A stretch of 64,000 bases of DNA from Sphingomonadales bacterium (lineage in GTDB: Bacteria; Pseudomonadota; Alphaproteobacteria; Sphingomonadales; Sphingomonadaceae). Below are positions 19,470 through 29,889 of this stretch, in pieces (positions within the stretch are counted from its first letter, which is position 1; every line of letters begins with the position of its first letter). Location: positions 36,007 to 100,006 of the forward strand of contig JAIXQM010000007.1 of NCBI GenBank assembly GCA_027485735.1, given 5' to 3'. Under the pieces are notes generated by a model that searched no databases, had not been told where the DNA came from, and saw nothing but the letters and a program-made list of their open reading frames with translations. The position numbers and the translations under genes are program-made.

Positions 19470-22400
19470 TGCTGGCGGCGCTGATCGGATCGTCGCTGCG
19501 CCAGCGGGCACTGGTGCTGGCGCTGGCGCTGGTGCTCACCGTGCTCGGCGTGCGCGCCTCGCTGAATGCCAAGTTCGACGTGTTTCCCGAGTTCGCCCCG
19601 CCCATTGTCGAGGTGCAGACCGAAGCGCCGGGGCTGGCCACCGAGGATGTCGAGGCGCTGGTGACGGTGCCGATTGAGACGGCGGTGAACGGTGTGCCGG
19701 GCCTTGCCACGCTGCGCTCCAAATCCGTGCTTGGTCTTTCGTCGGTGGTGCTGGTGCTGGACCGCGCTGCCGATCCGATCCGCACCCGGCAGATGGTGCA
19801 GGAACGATTGGCGACCGTCACACCCAGATTGCCGGTGGCCGTGCGGCCGCCGGTGATGCTGGCGCCGCTGTCGGCCACCAGCCGGGCGATGAAGATCGGC
19901 CTGTGGTCCGACACGCTCGATCAGATGACGATGACCGAGATGGCACGCTGGACCATCCGCCCGCGCCTGATGGCGGTGCCGGGCGTGGCCAATGTCGCCA
20001 TGTGGGGCGCGCGTGACCGGCAGTTGCAGGTGCTGGTCGATCCGGCGCGGCTGGCGGCAGCCGGGGTAACGGTGGCCGATGTGCAGCGCGCGGCCGGCGA
20101 CGCCGTGGTGATTGCCGGCGGCGGTTTTGTGGACAGTACCAACCAGCGGCTGGCGGTGCGGCAGGTGGTTGGTGTGACATCCGCCAGCGATCTGGCCGGC
20201 GCCGTCATCCGCAGCGTTGCCGGCGCGCCCGTGCGCATTGGCGACGTGGCCCAGGTGACCGAAGGCTTTGCCCAGCCGATCGGCAACGCCATCATCAATG
20301 GCCGCCCCGGCCTGCTGCTGATCGTGGAAAAACAGCTGGGAGCCAACACGCTGGAGGTGACGCGCGGCGTGGACAAGGCGCTCGCGGAACTGCGCCCTGG
20401 CCTGAAGGGCCTGAACGTCGATGGCAGCATCTTCCGGCCCGCTACCTTCATCGAACGCGCCCTGGCCAATCTGGGCGAAGCGATGTGGATCGGCATCGCG
20501 CTGGTGGCGGCCGTGCTGATGCTGTTCACGCGCAACTGGCGCACCGCGCTGATCAGCATGACCGCAATCCCCTTGTCGCTGGTCGGCGCAGTGCTGGTGC
20601 TGACCGCCTTTGGGGTCGGCATGAACACCATGGTGATTGCCGGCCTGGTGATCGCACTGGGCGAAATCGTCGATGATGCCATCATCGACGTCGAAAACAT
20701 CGGCCGGCGCCTGCGGCTGGAAGCGGCGCGCGAACAGCCGCGCCCGGCGCTGGCCGTGGTGCTGGCCGCCAGCCTGGAGGTGCGCAGCGCCGTGGTATTC
20801 GCCAGCGCCATCGTCATGCTGGTGTTCCTGCCGGTATTCTTTCTGGGCGGCGTGTCGGGCAGTTTCTTCCGCCCGCTGGCCACGGCCTATATCGCCGCCA
20901 TTGGCGCGTCGCTGCTGGTGGCGCTCACCGTCACGCCGGCGATGTGCCTGCTGCTGCTGCCCGGTGCCGCCGAGCGGGCGGAGCCGCGCTGGGTATTGGG
21001 TCTGCGACAGCGCTATGGTCGCCTGCTGGCAGGCCTCGCGCCGCGCAGCGGCATCGCCATCGCCGTGGTGGCCGGCGGCATATTGCTGTCCGTCGCCGGC
21101 ATCGGGTTGCTGCGCCAGCAATTCCTGCCGGATTTCCGCGAAACCGATTTCCTGATGCACTTCGTTGAAAAGCCCGGCACCGGCATCGACGCGATGGACC
21201 GGATCACCATTCGCGCCTCCAGGGAACTCACCGCCATCCCCGGTGTGCGCAATTTCGGATCGCACATCGGCCGGGCCGAACAGGGCGATGAGGTCTATGG
21301 CCCCAACTTTACCGAACTGTGGATCAGTCTGGATGAAAGCGCCGATTACGACGCCACGGTGAAGCGCGTCGAAACCGCCATCGCCGGTTATCCCGGCCTG
21401 CAGCGCGATGTGCTCACCTATCTGCGCGAGCGCATCAAGGAAGTGCTCACCGGCGCTGGCGCCACCGTGGTGGTGCGGCTCTACGGGCCCGATCTGGCGC
21501 AGCTGCGCAGCCTGGCCGAACATGTGCGCGCCGGGCTTGACGGCACCGACGGCATCAAGGATCTGAAAGTGGAGCAGCAGAGCCTGATCCCGCAAATCCA
21601 GGTCACGCCGCGCCCTGATGCGCTGGCGCTGGCCGGCGTGACGGCCGGCGATGTGCGCCGGACGGCGGCCACGCTGATTGGCGGCACGCGGGTGGGCGAA
21701 ATCTATCGCGACCAGAAAAGCTTTGAAGTGGCGGTGTGGGCCGTGCCAGCTGTGCGCAGCGATCTGGGTGCGCTCAGGCAGCTGATCGTGCCGGGGCCGG
21801 CGCCGGCCCCCGGCCAGGCAGGATCGGTGCTGCGTCTGGGCGATCTGGCGCGGGTGGCCGTGGTGCCGGCCGCCAACGAGATCAAGCGCGAAGCCGGGTC
21901 GCGCCGCATCGATGTAACGATGAATATCACCGACGGTGCCGATCTGGCCAGCGTCGCGCAGGCGGTGGAAGCCAGGGTGCAGGCCATGGCCATGCCCGCC
22001 GGATATTATCCGCAGTTTCTGGGTGAATGGCAGGCCCTGCAGGAATCGCAGCGGCAGCTGGGCCTGCTCTCGCTGGCTTGCCTCGTCGGCATCTTGTTCC
22101 TTGTGTGGCTGGAATTCCGGTCGGGCCGCATCGTCGGTCTTGTGGCGCTCAGCCTGCCGTTTGCGCTGGTCGGCGGGGTCGTCGCCGCGGCGCTGGGCGG
22201 CGGCGTGCTGTCGATGGGGGCGCTGGTCGGCTTTGTCACCGTGCTCGGCATCTCGGCGCGCAACGGCATCATGCTCTTGAGCCATTTCCGCCATCTGGAG
22301 CACGACGAAGGCGAGGCGTTCGGCCTGCCGCTGGTGCAGCGCGGCGCTGCCGAACGGCTGGTGCCGATCCTGATGACGGCGGGGACGGCGGCGCTGGCCC

Positions 22401-22555
22401 TGCTGCCGCTGGTGGTGCGTGGCAATGTGCCGGGCCATGAGATCGAATATCCGATGGCGCTGGTCATTCTGGGCGGCTTGTTCAGTTCCACCATGCTCAA
22501 CCTGCTGTGGATGCCCGCGCTCTACCTGCGGTTCGGCGAGGAGCAGCGGCCATGA
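19466..22555 (+). CDS. Heavy-metal-efflux RND pump, CzcA/CusA family
   Basis: 1029 aa with 12-TM RND architecture and the motif GEIVDDAIIDVENI typical of HME-RND. Confidence 0.9.
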   Translation: MMLAALIGSSLRQRALVLALALVLTVLGVRASLNAKFDVFPEFAPPIVEVQTEAPGLATEDVEALVTVPIETAVNGVPGLATLRSKSVLGLSSVVLVLDRAADPIRTRQMVQERLATVTPRLPVAVRPPVMLAPLSATSRAMKIGLWSDTLDQMTMTEMARWTIRPRLMAVPGVANVAMWGARDRQLQVLVDPARLAAAGVTVADVQRAAGDAVVIAGGGFVDSTNQRLAVRQVVGVTSASDLAGAVIRSVAGAPVRIGDVAQVTEGFAQPIGNAIINGRPGLLLIVEKQLGANTLEVTRGVDKALAELRPGLKGLNVDGSIFRPATFIERALANLGEAMWIGIALVAAVLMLFTRNWRTALISMTAIPLSLVGAVLVLTAFGVGMNTMVIAGLVIALGEIVDDAIIDVENIGRRLRLEAAREQPRPALAVVLAASLEVRSAVVFASAIVMLVFLPVFFLGGVSGSFFRPLATAYIAAIGASLLVALTVTPAMCLLLLPGAAERAEPRWVLGLRQRYGRLLAGLAPRSGIAIAVVAGGILLSVAGIGLLRQQFLPDFRETDFLMHFVEKPGTGIDAMDRITIRASRELTAIPGVRNFGSHIGRAEQGDEVYGPNFTELWISLDESADYDATVKRVETAIAGYPGLQRDVLTYLRERIKEVLTGAGATVVVRLYGPDLAQLRSLAEHVRAGLDGTDGIKDLKVEQQSLIPQIQVTPRPDALALAGVTAGDVRRTAATLIGGTRVGEIYRDQKSFEVAVWAVPAVRSDLGALRQLIVPGPAPAPGQAGSVLRLGDLARVAVVPAANEIKREAGSRRIDVTMNITDGADLASVAQAVEARVQAMAMPAGYYPQFLGEWQALQESQRQLGLLSLACLVGILFLVWLEFRSGRIVGLVALSLPFALVGGVVAAALGGGVLSMGALVGFVTVLGISARNGIMLLSHFRHLEHDEGEAFGLPLVQRGAAERLVPILMTAGTAALALLPLVVRGNVPGHEIEYPMALVILGGLFSSTMLNLLWMPALYLRFGEEQRP

Positions 22556-23895
22556 AGCGCGCCCTGTTCCTGGCCGCATTGCTGGCGGGCTGTGTGGCCA
22601 AGCCGCCGCCCAACGCAGCGCCGCCGCCGCCGGCTACGGCCAGCGGCCCGTTCGTCGGCGCGCCGGATGCAACGCCCGTCGCAGCCGAATGGTGGCGGCT
22701 TTATGGCGACGACGCCCTCAACGATCATGTCGCCCGCGCGCTGGCCGCCAACCGCGACCTGCGGGTGGCGCTCGCCACCCTGGATGCGGCGCGCGCCAAT
22801 GCCCGGCTGGCCGGCGCTAACCGCACGCCAGACATTGTGCTGGAAAGCAGCGCCAGCCCGGCGACGCGCGCCGCAAACCAGCCCAGCACGATCGGCGTGC
22901 CCAAATCCGGCTATGAGCTTGGGGGTGAAGTGGCGTGGGAGGTCGATTTGTTCGGCCGGCTGCGCAATCAGTCCTCGGCGGCCAGCGCCGATGCCGAGGC
23001 GGCGGCGGCGGCCCGCGACGGCGTCAGGCTGGCGGTCGTGGCCGATACGGTGGCTGCCTATCTCGATCTGTGCTGGGCCGGCGAACTGGCCGGCATCGCC
23101 GCGCAGCAGATCGAGCAGCAGCGCCGGCTGGTCGAAACCATATCGCATCAGCTGCGGGTTGGCGAAGTGTCGCCGCTCGAACTCGCCCAGTCGCGTCAGC
23201 TGCTGGGCCGGCTGGAAGCCGGCTTGCCGATATTCGCGGCCGACGCCCAGCGTGCGCGCTATCTGCTCGCCAATCTGCAAGGCTTGCCGCCAGCCGACGC
23301 AGGGCGGTTCCAGTGCCGCCGTCCGCCAGAAATTGCCGGGTCGCTGCCGGTGGGCGATGGTGCCGGCCTGCTGGCTCGGCGGCCCGACATCCGCGAAGCC
23401 GAGCGGCGGCTCGCTGCGGCCGGCGCGCGCGTGAAGGTCGCCACAGCCGAGATGTATCCGCGCGTCAGCCTCGGCGCGTCGGGCGGCCTGATCGCCGGCG
23501 CGCTGGACGCGTTCATCACCCCGCTGATCAGCTGGTCGTTCATCAACCCCGCCCGCATCAAGGCCCGGATCGCGCTGGCCAAGGCCAATCAGGAAGGCGC
23601 GCTGGCACAATATGATGCCACCTGGCTGCGAGCCTTGCGGGAGGTGGAAAGCGCCCTGGCCGATCTGGATGCCGAACGCCGCGCCAACCAGTCGCTGACG
23701 GCGGCCGTCACCGACGCCCGATCTGCCGCCCGCCGCGCGCAAGCGCGCGTCACGATCGGCGATGCCAACCCGCTGCTGGCGCTCGACGCCCGCCGCACCG
23801 CTTTTGACACCGAACTGCAGGCAGGCCTTTCGGCCCGGCGCCTTGCTCAGCGCCATGTGTTTCTCCACCGCAGCATCGGTGGTGGGTGGCAGTAG
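22552..23895 (+). CDS. Efflux outer-membrane lipoprotein, NodT family
   Basis: MKRALFLAALLAGC lipobox and duplicated OEP repeats. ATGA overlap with the pump gene. Confidence 0.85.
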   Translation: MKRALFLAALLAGCVAKPPPNAAPPPPATASGPFVGAPDATPVAAEWWRLYGDDALNDHVARALAANRDLRVALATLDAARANARLAGANRTPDIVLESSASPATRAANQPSTIGVPKSGYELGGEVAWEVDLFGRLRNQSSAASADAEAAAAARDGVRLAVVADTVAAYLDLCWAGELAGIAAQQIEQQRRLVETISHQLRVGEVSPLELAQSRQLLGRLEAGLPIFAADAQRARYLLANLQGLPPADAGRFQCRRPPEIAGSLPVGDGAGLLARRPDIREAERRLAAAGARVKVATAEMYPRVSLGASGGLIAGALDAFITPLISWSFINPARIKARIALAKANQEGALAQYDATWLRALREVESALADLDAERRANQSLTAAVTDARSAARRAQARVTIGDANPLLALDARRTAFDTELQAGLSARRLAQRHVFLHRSIGGGWQ

Positions 23896-23962
23896 GTGCC
23901 GCGTCAAGCCGCAGATGCCGGACGGCCCAATCACGGAGTTGATGAACGGGCCTGCGAGAATT

Positions 23963-24148
23963 TCACCATCTTGGGCGTTGTTGACGGTCGTCGTCATCAA
24001 GCGCCTCGCGTCGAACGCTGAGCTCAACGCGTCCGTCACCGATTAGAACGAGTTTGCTGTCGCTGACCGCTACGCCCTGCCGGCGGCACCAGGCGTCGGC
24101 AGCTAATCGGCTCTCGAATTCACCGATGCGATCCCATGTAAATCCCAT
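23963..24148 (-). CDS. Hypothetical 61-aa protein downstream of traI
   Basis: ATG at 24148 preceded by GAGGGAGGA. The product begins MGFTWDRIGEFESRLAADAW.... Confidence 0.4.
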   Translation of the reverse strand: MGFTWDRIGEFESRLAADAWCRRQGVAVSDSKLVLIGDGRVELSVRREALDDDDRQQRPRW

Positions 24149-24162
24149 GTCGTCGTCCTCCC

Positions 24163-27144
24163 TCACAATCCAAAATCCAGCTGCCGTTCCGGCGGCTGCT
24201 TGACCTTGCTGTCGGCCGGTTCCGACCGAGGTGCCGAAGAGGGTGGTGCTGACCGATCGCCGCTCCTCTCTGCGCCCTTTGCTGCCCCAATGCCGCCGCG
24301 CTCGAACCGAGGCATAGCTACTTCGCCGATCGTTTCCAGCGCAGCAGTCTTGTCGCCGGTGTTGCGCTCGATCTGGCGAGCAATGCGGCTGCTGTCGTCG
24401 ACGATCAGTTTGAGTTCGTCGCGCACGCGGGTGATATTGACCAGGAACAGCCGTTGGTTGCTGAGGTTCTTTTCGGCCGAGTCCATCACGGCGATGGCGC
24501 GATCGGCGGTCATGCCCTGCGCCATATGGGCGTTGAGCGCGTAACCGAGATCGAGCCGTTCCAGCATCGGGTCGCGAGCCGGCAGCGCTACGACCATCTT
24601 TGTGGAGGTTTCCACCGTGACCCCTTGCGCGGAGATATTCAGCACTTTGGCCCGGTCGGCATTGATCAGGCCGCGATCGCGGTCGGTGTCGGTCCATCGA
24701 ATGGTGTCGCCTTCGTGCAACCGCAGCTCCTTGCGTTCGCTGATGCGCACCGTGTTCTCGTCCCGGTTGGTGGCGAGATTCGATGGCCGGAACTTGTGAT
24801 CCTGCCCTCGCTCGTCCTTCAGCGTCACTACCCCTTTCGTCGTGTCGACCCCCGCCACCACGTATCGCCCGGCCGCGATGCCCTGGCTGGGAAGGTCGCG
24901 CTGCAGCTCGACAATGAGTTCGGGCCGGTAGCTGTGGAGATAACGCTCCTCCTCCCGCGTCGTCACCACCTTGGTCAGCACGGTCAGCTTCGCCGAATGT
25001 GCCGACAGCGTTCCTTCGTCGTGCAGACCGGCCTGGATGCCCGCGTTAAGCGCGTCACGGATGGCACGACCGGAAGCCAGCAACATCGTTGCATCTCGCT
25101 GGTCTGGCGACCGGGAAAGCCACTGCGCCACTGCCAGCTTTACCCCTTGTCCCGGCGCATCGGCGGTGAACGGCCGCAGAGCGGCCAGCGCATCGGCCGG
25201 TCGATAGTCGTTGGCCGCCGCTGCCGCCATCATGAGCTCCGGCGCACGGGCCCGCAGGTTGACGTTCATCTTCGCGGTGTCGATGCCGGCGGCCTGCAGA
25301 AGCTCAAACGGCTTGCCGGCATCAACCGCGCCCAGCTGGCGCTTGTCGCCAACGAACGCGAGGCGCCCTACATCGAGCCGTTCAGCGAGCCGGGCGAGCA
25401 GCAGCGCCTTATCGTTGGCCATCATCGAGCTTTCATCGACAAGGATGATGCTGCCGCGGAACATGCCACGTGCCATCGCGAGCCTGTCCTCGCTGATCCG
25501 TTCGCCGAGCAGCCATTTGTGTGAGCGGATGAACCGGTCGATGGTCATCGAAGCGATGCCGGTATCGCGCTCCAGCATCCGCACCAGCGTGTTCTGTGGC
25601 CCCAGCCCAAGCACGTTGCGCCCTTCCGCGCGCGCCACCGAAGCCACTGCCGCAAGCGCCGAGCTTTTGCCGGCCCCTGCCACCCCCTGCACGGCCACCA
25701 CCCGGTCCGGGCTGGCGAGGATCAGCCGGCCGGCGCTTTCCTGGCCGGGGTTGAGCGCAAAGCCCTGCCCTTCACGCGCCGCCTCCTGCAGGCGCTGCCC
25801 GGCTACCTGCGGGTCCGCAATCACCGGGCTCACACCGCCGCGCCCGTTGCGGGCGATCTCGAGCAGCTTCTGTTCGGTGGTGATGGCGCCCGGTGTGGTC
25901 AGCATCTCCAGTCGGCTGGTGCCGCGCACCAGCTGGCCGGCGCGGATGAGGCGAGTAATGCCGCGCTCGACCTGGTCGACAGTGATCGGCAGGCCGAGAT
26001 CGAGGGCCGTCTTGAGGATGCGGTTCCCGTCGAACGCTGCTTCGCGTTCGGACAGCGATCGCACTGCCGATGCGATGGCACGCGCCGCGGCGACCTCGTC
26101 CGCCGTTATTCCCAAGGTGGACTTGGGCATCAGCGGGTCGCGCTCTTGGGTGCCGACGCGCTCAGCGATCAGCGCCACCGCACGCGCCAGTCCCTCGCGG
26201 GCGCTGCCAGCGATGCCGGTGATCACCGCCCAGACATCGCGCGCGCCTTCGGCCCGGCCACGAGCCGCCTCGACTATCTCGCGCAGGCGGCCAGCGTCGG
26301 GCCCGGCGCGCTGCTGCCATTCGGCGCGCAGGGCATCACGGTCCTCGACCTTCTCCTTGCGCACTCTTGTCTTCAGCGTCACCGCATCGCGGGTTTTGTC
26401 GTTCTGGTGGGTGAGGGTGGCGAAGGCGTCGAGGATCTCCTCGCGCCGGCTAGAGAATTTCATCACCGTCTCGCGGTCGATGCCGGTGATCTCGAACTGG
26501 CCATGCTTGCCGGTCAATTCGACGGCATAGCCGAGACGCTCCACCGCTGTGCGCAGATAGGCGTGATAGATCGAGCCCAGCACGGTGTTGTTCTGCCAGA
26601 GCCTGTCGTTGAGCAGCGCCCGCCACTTGCCATCGGGACCGCGCGTCGCGTTGGCGATGACGGCATGGACATGGGCCTGGGGATCCTGATTTCGGTTTGT
26701 ATCGTGGCTGAACAGGGCGGCGACCAGGTTGCCGGTCTTGACCGTCACCATCTCGCCCCTGCGATTCTGCATCCGGGTTTCCGCGAGGTTCTTCTCGGCC
26801 CAGGCGATCGTCGCTTGCACTGCCGCCTCGTTCGCGGCCAGCAGCCGTTCGTCGCCGCCGATATAGGCAAGGAGCGAGAGGCTTTTCGGAGCCGAAAACG
26901 TCAAATCCATTCCCGGCCGGTGCTTGCCACCCGGGCCGGGCCGCAAAACGCTGCCGTCTGGCAGCTTGCCCTCAAGCACGGCGGCAAAATCAATGAGATT
27001 TACGTTGCCACTGAGGCCAAGCTCGGCTGCTCCCTGCCCTGACCATTGGCTGGCGTCTGCCGCCGCATCGGCAGCGTAATAGTTGTCCTTTGCATAGTAG
27101 CTCGCCGCCTGGCCCGCGCTGCTTAGTGAAGCGGCGGACAACAT
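24163..27144 (-). CDS. traI: MOBF-family conjugative relaxase/helicase (TrwC/TraI-like)
   Basis: N-terminus MLSAASLSSAGQAASYYAKDNYY carries paired Tyr as in TrwC. HDTNRNQDPQAHVHAVIAN is the 3-His motif. The C-terminal helicase has GVAGAGKS. The track start at 27153 is GTG; the ATG at 27144 lies 2 nt after the traD stop. Confidence 0.9.
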   Translation of the reverse strand: MLSAASLSSAGQAASYYAKDNYYAADAAADASQWSGQGAAELGLSGNVNLIDFAAVLEGKLPDGSVLRPGPGGKHRPGMDLTFSAPKSLSLLAYIGGDERLLAANEAAVQATIAWAEKNLAETRMQNRRGEMVTVKTGNLVAALFSHDTNRNQDPQAHVHAVIANATRGPDGKWRALLNDRLWQNNTVLGSIYHAYLRTAVERLGYAVELTGKHGQFEITGIDRETVMKFSSRREEILDAFATLTHQNDKTRDAVTLKTRVRKEKVEDRDALRAEWQQRAGPDAGRLREIVEAARGRAEGARDVWAVITGIAGSAREGLARAVALIAERVGTQERDPLMPKSTLGITADEVAAARAIASAVRSLSEREAAFDGNRILKTALDLGLPITVDQVERGITRLIRAGQLVRGTSRLEMLTTPGAITTEQKLLEIARNGRGGVSPVIADPQVAGQRLQEAAREGQGFALNPGQESAGRLILASPDRVVAVQGVAGAGKSSALAAVASVARAEGRNVLGLGPQNTLVRMLERDTGIASMTIDRFIRSHKWLLGERISEDRLAMARGMFRGSIILVDESSMMANDKALLLARLAERLDVGRLAFVGDKRQLGAVDAGKPFELLQAAGIDTAKMNVNLRARAPELMMAAAAANDYRPADALAALRPFTADAPGQGVKLAVAQWLSRSPDQRDATMLLASGRAIRDALNAGIQAGLHDEGTLSAHSAKLTVLTKVVTTREEERYLHSYRPELIVELQRDLPSQGIAAGRYVVAGVDTTKGVVTLKDERGQDHKFRPSNLATNRDENTVRISERKELRLHEGDTIRWTDTDRDRGLINADRAKVLNISAQGVTVETSTKMVVALPARDPMLERLDLGYALNAHMAQGMTADRAIAVMDSAEKNLSNQRLFLVNITRVRDELKLIVDDSSRIARQIERNTGDKTAALETIGEVAMPRFERGGIGAAKGAERSGDRSAPPSSAPRSEPADSKVKQPPERQLDFGL

Positions 27145-27146
27145 GA

Positions 27147-29606
27147 TTACCACCCAAAGTCATCGCGACCTCTGTCGCGCGTGAAGTTCTGTCGGGCCTC
27201 GGTAAGCGTGAGATCATCGGCTTGTTCAGTTGCCGCGGGCGGTGCCGGCCCGGCAACGATATTGAGTTCGACGCCCTCGATCCGGATGGCTTTTTCCGGG
27301 AGCAGTTCGCCGGTCTCGGGATCATGGGGGACCTCCTTCCGGCCCAGAGACGTGCCTCGCGCCGCGGCCACCCGCACCGGCTTCATTGCATCCCTCGGCG
27401 ATGTTCGTTCGGCTTGGGTATTAGCAGCTATGGGTAGTGTTTTGGGATGGGACGCGGAATCGGATGGACCTACCAGTCCGGCATCGCGCGCAACAGTGTT
27501 GAGAGCCCTATCGGCGACATTCTTGAGCTGCGCTGCAATATCGGGTTGCAACCCGCCGGCCTCCGTGGCGTTGGACCGCGCGTGTTCCGCAGCGGCATCG
27601 CTTGCAGAAGCCGGCGCATCTCCATCTGCGCCATCCGGCGTCGCAGCGCCACTACCACCGGTCGCTTCCGGGCTGCCACCTTCAGCGTCCACCAACGGCA
27701 GGAACATCGGCACCGCCACCGTCTGTTCTGCCGGTGGTGCCGGTGCTGGCGGCGTGACACCATCGGCCGGGGCAATGTCGGTGCCGGGCCGGGGAATGAA
27801 CGGCGCGGCGCAGTTCCTGCGGGCCTTGAACCTCAGCCGGATGCTGCCCGCCGGCAGGTCCTGCGGGAAAACCAGCCAGCCTTCCAGATCGCGCATCTTC
27901 ATGATCTGGTCGGGCATGACCAGCGGTTCGGTCTGGCGCTTGTTGGTCAGCGTGACGGCGTCGCGGACATTGGCATAACCATAGCTCAGGCCCTGTTCCA
28001 TCTGCTGCCATTCGGACTGGCCGATCTGCTGCGAACACCATTGCGCTGAGGCATAGTCGGGGGTGGCGAGGATGATCTTGGTGCGTGCCAGGCTCGCGAG
28101 CGTGTCCGCGATCTTCTCGCCATAGGTCTCACGCAGCTTGGAGATGGTATGGACGCCCAGCAGGAAGGCACCGCCGAAGTTGCGCGCGGTCTGCATGCCC
28201 TTCTCAATCGCCGGCAGCCGGTGCAGGGCGCCGAGCTCGTCGAACAGGAACCACAGGCGGATATTGTGCGGGCTGGTTGGCAGCGCCATCATACTGTTGA
28301 TGGCGGTGTCGAGCCAAAGAGTGAGGAGGATGCGCACCGTCGGCAGATCAACATAGCGGGCGCCCACAAAGAGGATCGAACCATCTGGCTGATCTTCCTG
28401 CACCCATCGCTTGACCGAGAACGCCGCGCCTTCGGTTGGCAGCGTCTGCAACGCCGCCGCATTGGTGTTCAGGGTGGAACGGATCGATTCGGCCATGCGC
28501 GCCGCTTCGGGATCGGTCAGTGGCGCGGCGATGGTGTTCTGGACGAGCCGGTTCACCGCCGGCAGCGCCGCGGTCATGATATAGTCATGCAGCGCCTGGT
28601 TGCTGGTCAGTCCCATCTGCTTGAGACGCAGACAGCCCTCGACCAACAGGGTGCGCGCAGCGATCACCCAGAAAGGTTCGGCAGTGCCACCGTCGTTGGG
28701 CACGAGGGCCTCGGCAGCTGCCGTGAATTCCGAACGGTTTTCGCAATCAGCAAAGATTGACCAGGCCGGACAGCGGGCATCCAACGAGTTGAGGATGATG
28801 TCGCGGCTGGGATCGTAGTAGCTCTGTATGAAGCTGCCAGTCAGGTCGAAGATCACCGCTTTGCCGTGGCGCTCACGAATCTGATCGACAAGCTCCTTGA
28901 TCGCCGTGGACTTACCGGATCCGGTCGTGCCGATAGCGAAGGTGTGGGTCTGTTCACCATGCCAGGGATAGGGGATACCGGCGACAGTGTAGGGCAGATA
29001 GACGTCAGCCTGGGCAAGTTCATGGCGCCGTGCGAACAGTGAATGCCAGCGCCACAAGGAGCCGAATTTCGCCTCCAGTTCCGCAGCCAGTTGGCTGTCG
29101 CCCTGGGCAGCATTGAACTCCTCGACCATCACTTTTAGTTCTTTGCCGGAGCACAGCGATGCACCTCGTAGATGCTCCCGGCGCACGACACGCCGACCGA
29201 TACGGTTGGCCGCGATGGTATAGAGCAGGCACAGCGGCAGCCCGCCAAAAAGCGTGACATAAAATGCACCCCAGATGCTGCCGGTGAACCGCTGCCAGGC
29301 GGCGATCACCGACGGGATGCTGTCGACATAGCGCACCGGTACCATGACCGTGTGGTTGCCGGCATCGAGGACGGCGACCAGCTTGTCGGGCGAAAGCCGG
29401 ACATAGCCCCAGATAGCGGCATAGACCTTCATCAGGCACCGATACCAGTCGCCCTCCCCCATGCCTGTCCACCAGTTGATGGCAAGCATGATCAGGAACA
29501 GCGCCGATAGTCCCCACATCATGGGCTTGAGGCCGGCGACGAACATCAGTCCGAAAGTCTCGAGCACCTGCGCACCGCGGGTGAAATGTCCGCGATCAGT
29601 GCGCAT
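27147..29606 (-). CDS. traD: Type IV coupling protein (TraD/TrwB-like)
   Basis: N-terminal TM segments, Walker A GTTGSGKST, and a C-terminal Ala/Pro-rich tail. Start taken at MRTDRGHF, behind GGGAGGA. Confidence 0.85.
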   Translation of the reverse strand: MRTDRGHFTRGAQVLETFGLMFVAGLKPMMWGLSALFLIMLAINWWTGMGEGDWYRCLMKVYAAIWGYVRLSPDKLVAVLDAGNHTVMVPVRYVDSIPSVIAAWQRFTGSIWGAFYVTLFGGLPLCLLYTIAANRIGRRVVRREHLRGASLCSGKELKVMVEEFNAAQGDSQLAAELEAKFGSLWRWHSLFARRHELAQADVYLPYTVAGIPYPWHGEQTHTFAIGTTGSGKSTAIKELVDQIRERHGKAVIFDLTGSFIQSYYDPSRDIILNSLDARCPAWSIFADCENRSEFTAAAEALVPNDGGTAEPFWVIAARTLLVEGCLRLKQMGLTSNQALHDYIMTAALPAVNRLVQNTIAAPLTDPEAARMAESIRSTLNTNAAALQTLPTEGAAFSVKRWVQEDQPDGSILFVGARYVDLPTVRILLTLWLDTAINSMMALPTSPHNIRLWFLFDELGALHRLPAIEKGMQTARNFGGAFLLGVHTISKLRETYGEKIADTLASLARTKIILATPDYASAQWCSQQIGQSEWQQMEQGLSYGYANVRDAVTLTNKRQTEPLVMPDQIMKMRDLEGWLVFPQDLPAGSIRLRFKARRNCAAPFIPRPGTDIAPADGVTPPAPAPPAEQTVAVPMFLPLVDAEGGSPEATGGSGAATPDGADGDAPASASDAAAEHARSNATEAGGLQPDIAAQLKNVADRALNTVARDAGLVGPSDSASHPKTLPIAANTQAERTSPRDAMKPVRVAAARGTSLGRKEVPHDPETGELLPEKAIRIEGVELNIVAGPAPPAATEQADDLTLTEARQNFTRDRGRDDFGW

Positions 29607-29889
29607 CGCGAGTCCTCCCAAGCCGGCGTTCCCGCGCTTCCTTGGCCGCCTCGAAAGCCGCCGGGCTGGCGCTGAACTTGAGGAGTGCATCGACACCGAT
29701 GGCAATGTGCAGGACGAGCTGTTCACTGCTCATCCCCGGCACAGATCCAGCCCGGTATCGCGCGAGTTCCTGGTCAGCGAGTTCCTTCAGGATAAAGCTC
29801 ACCGGCAACTTGCGCGCGACTGCAATGCGCTGGAAATGCGCATGGACGTCAGGTTCAAGATAGACGGTTGTTTTGCGAAGATTTCCCAT
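29596..29889 (-). CDS. Ribbon-helix-helix relaxosome accessory protein (TrwA/CopG-like)
   Basis: MGNLRKTTVYLEPDVHAHFQRIAVARKLPVSFILKELA is an RHH pattern. It is the first gene after oriT in an RHH-T4CP-relaxase operon, as in trwABC. Confidence 0.6.
   Translation of the reverse strand: MGNLRKTTVYLEPDVHAHFQRIAVARKLPVSFILKELADQELARYRAGSVPGMSSEQLVLHIAIGVDALLKFSASPAAFEAAKEARERRLGRTRDAH

Noticed and set aside
19334-22579. 1081-aa minus-strand ORF spanning the whole RND pump gene. Similar long antisense ORFs are 548..1951 +, 9382..10716 +, 22522..24039 -, 43521..45794 +, 55182..56618 - and 5234..6556 +.
   Set aside because: These are typical stop-codon-poor antisense frames of high-GC genes. Their products are Arg/Gly/His/Gln-rich and motif-free, while the opposite strand encodes proteins with clear family signatures (CzcA, HutF, HutU, OMF, ParB, TraC, HExxH protein).
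23896-23962. Looked for an att site, tRNA or integrase marking the left boundary of the conjugative element.
   Set aside because: No tRNA-like structure, direct repeat or recombinase gene was recognisable in or near this gap. The boundary and the plasmid-versus-ICE question cannot be settled from this window.
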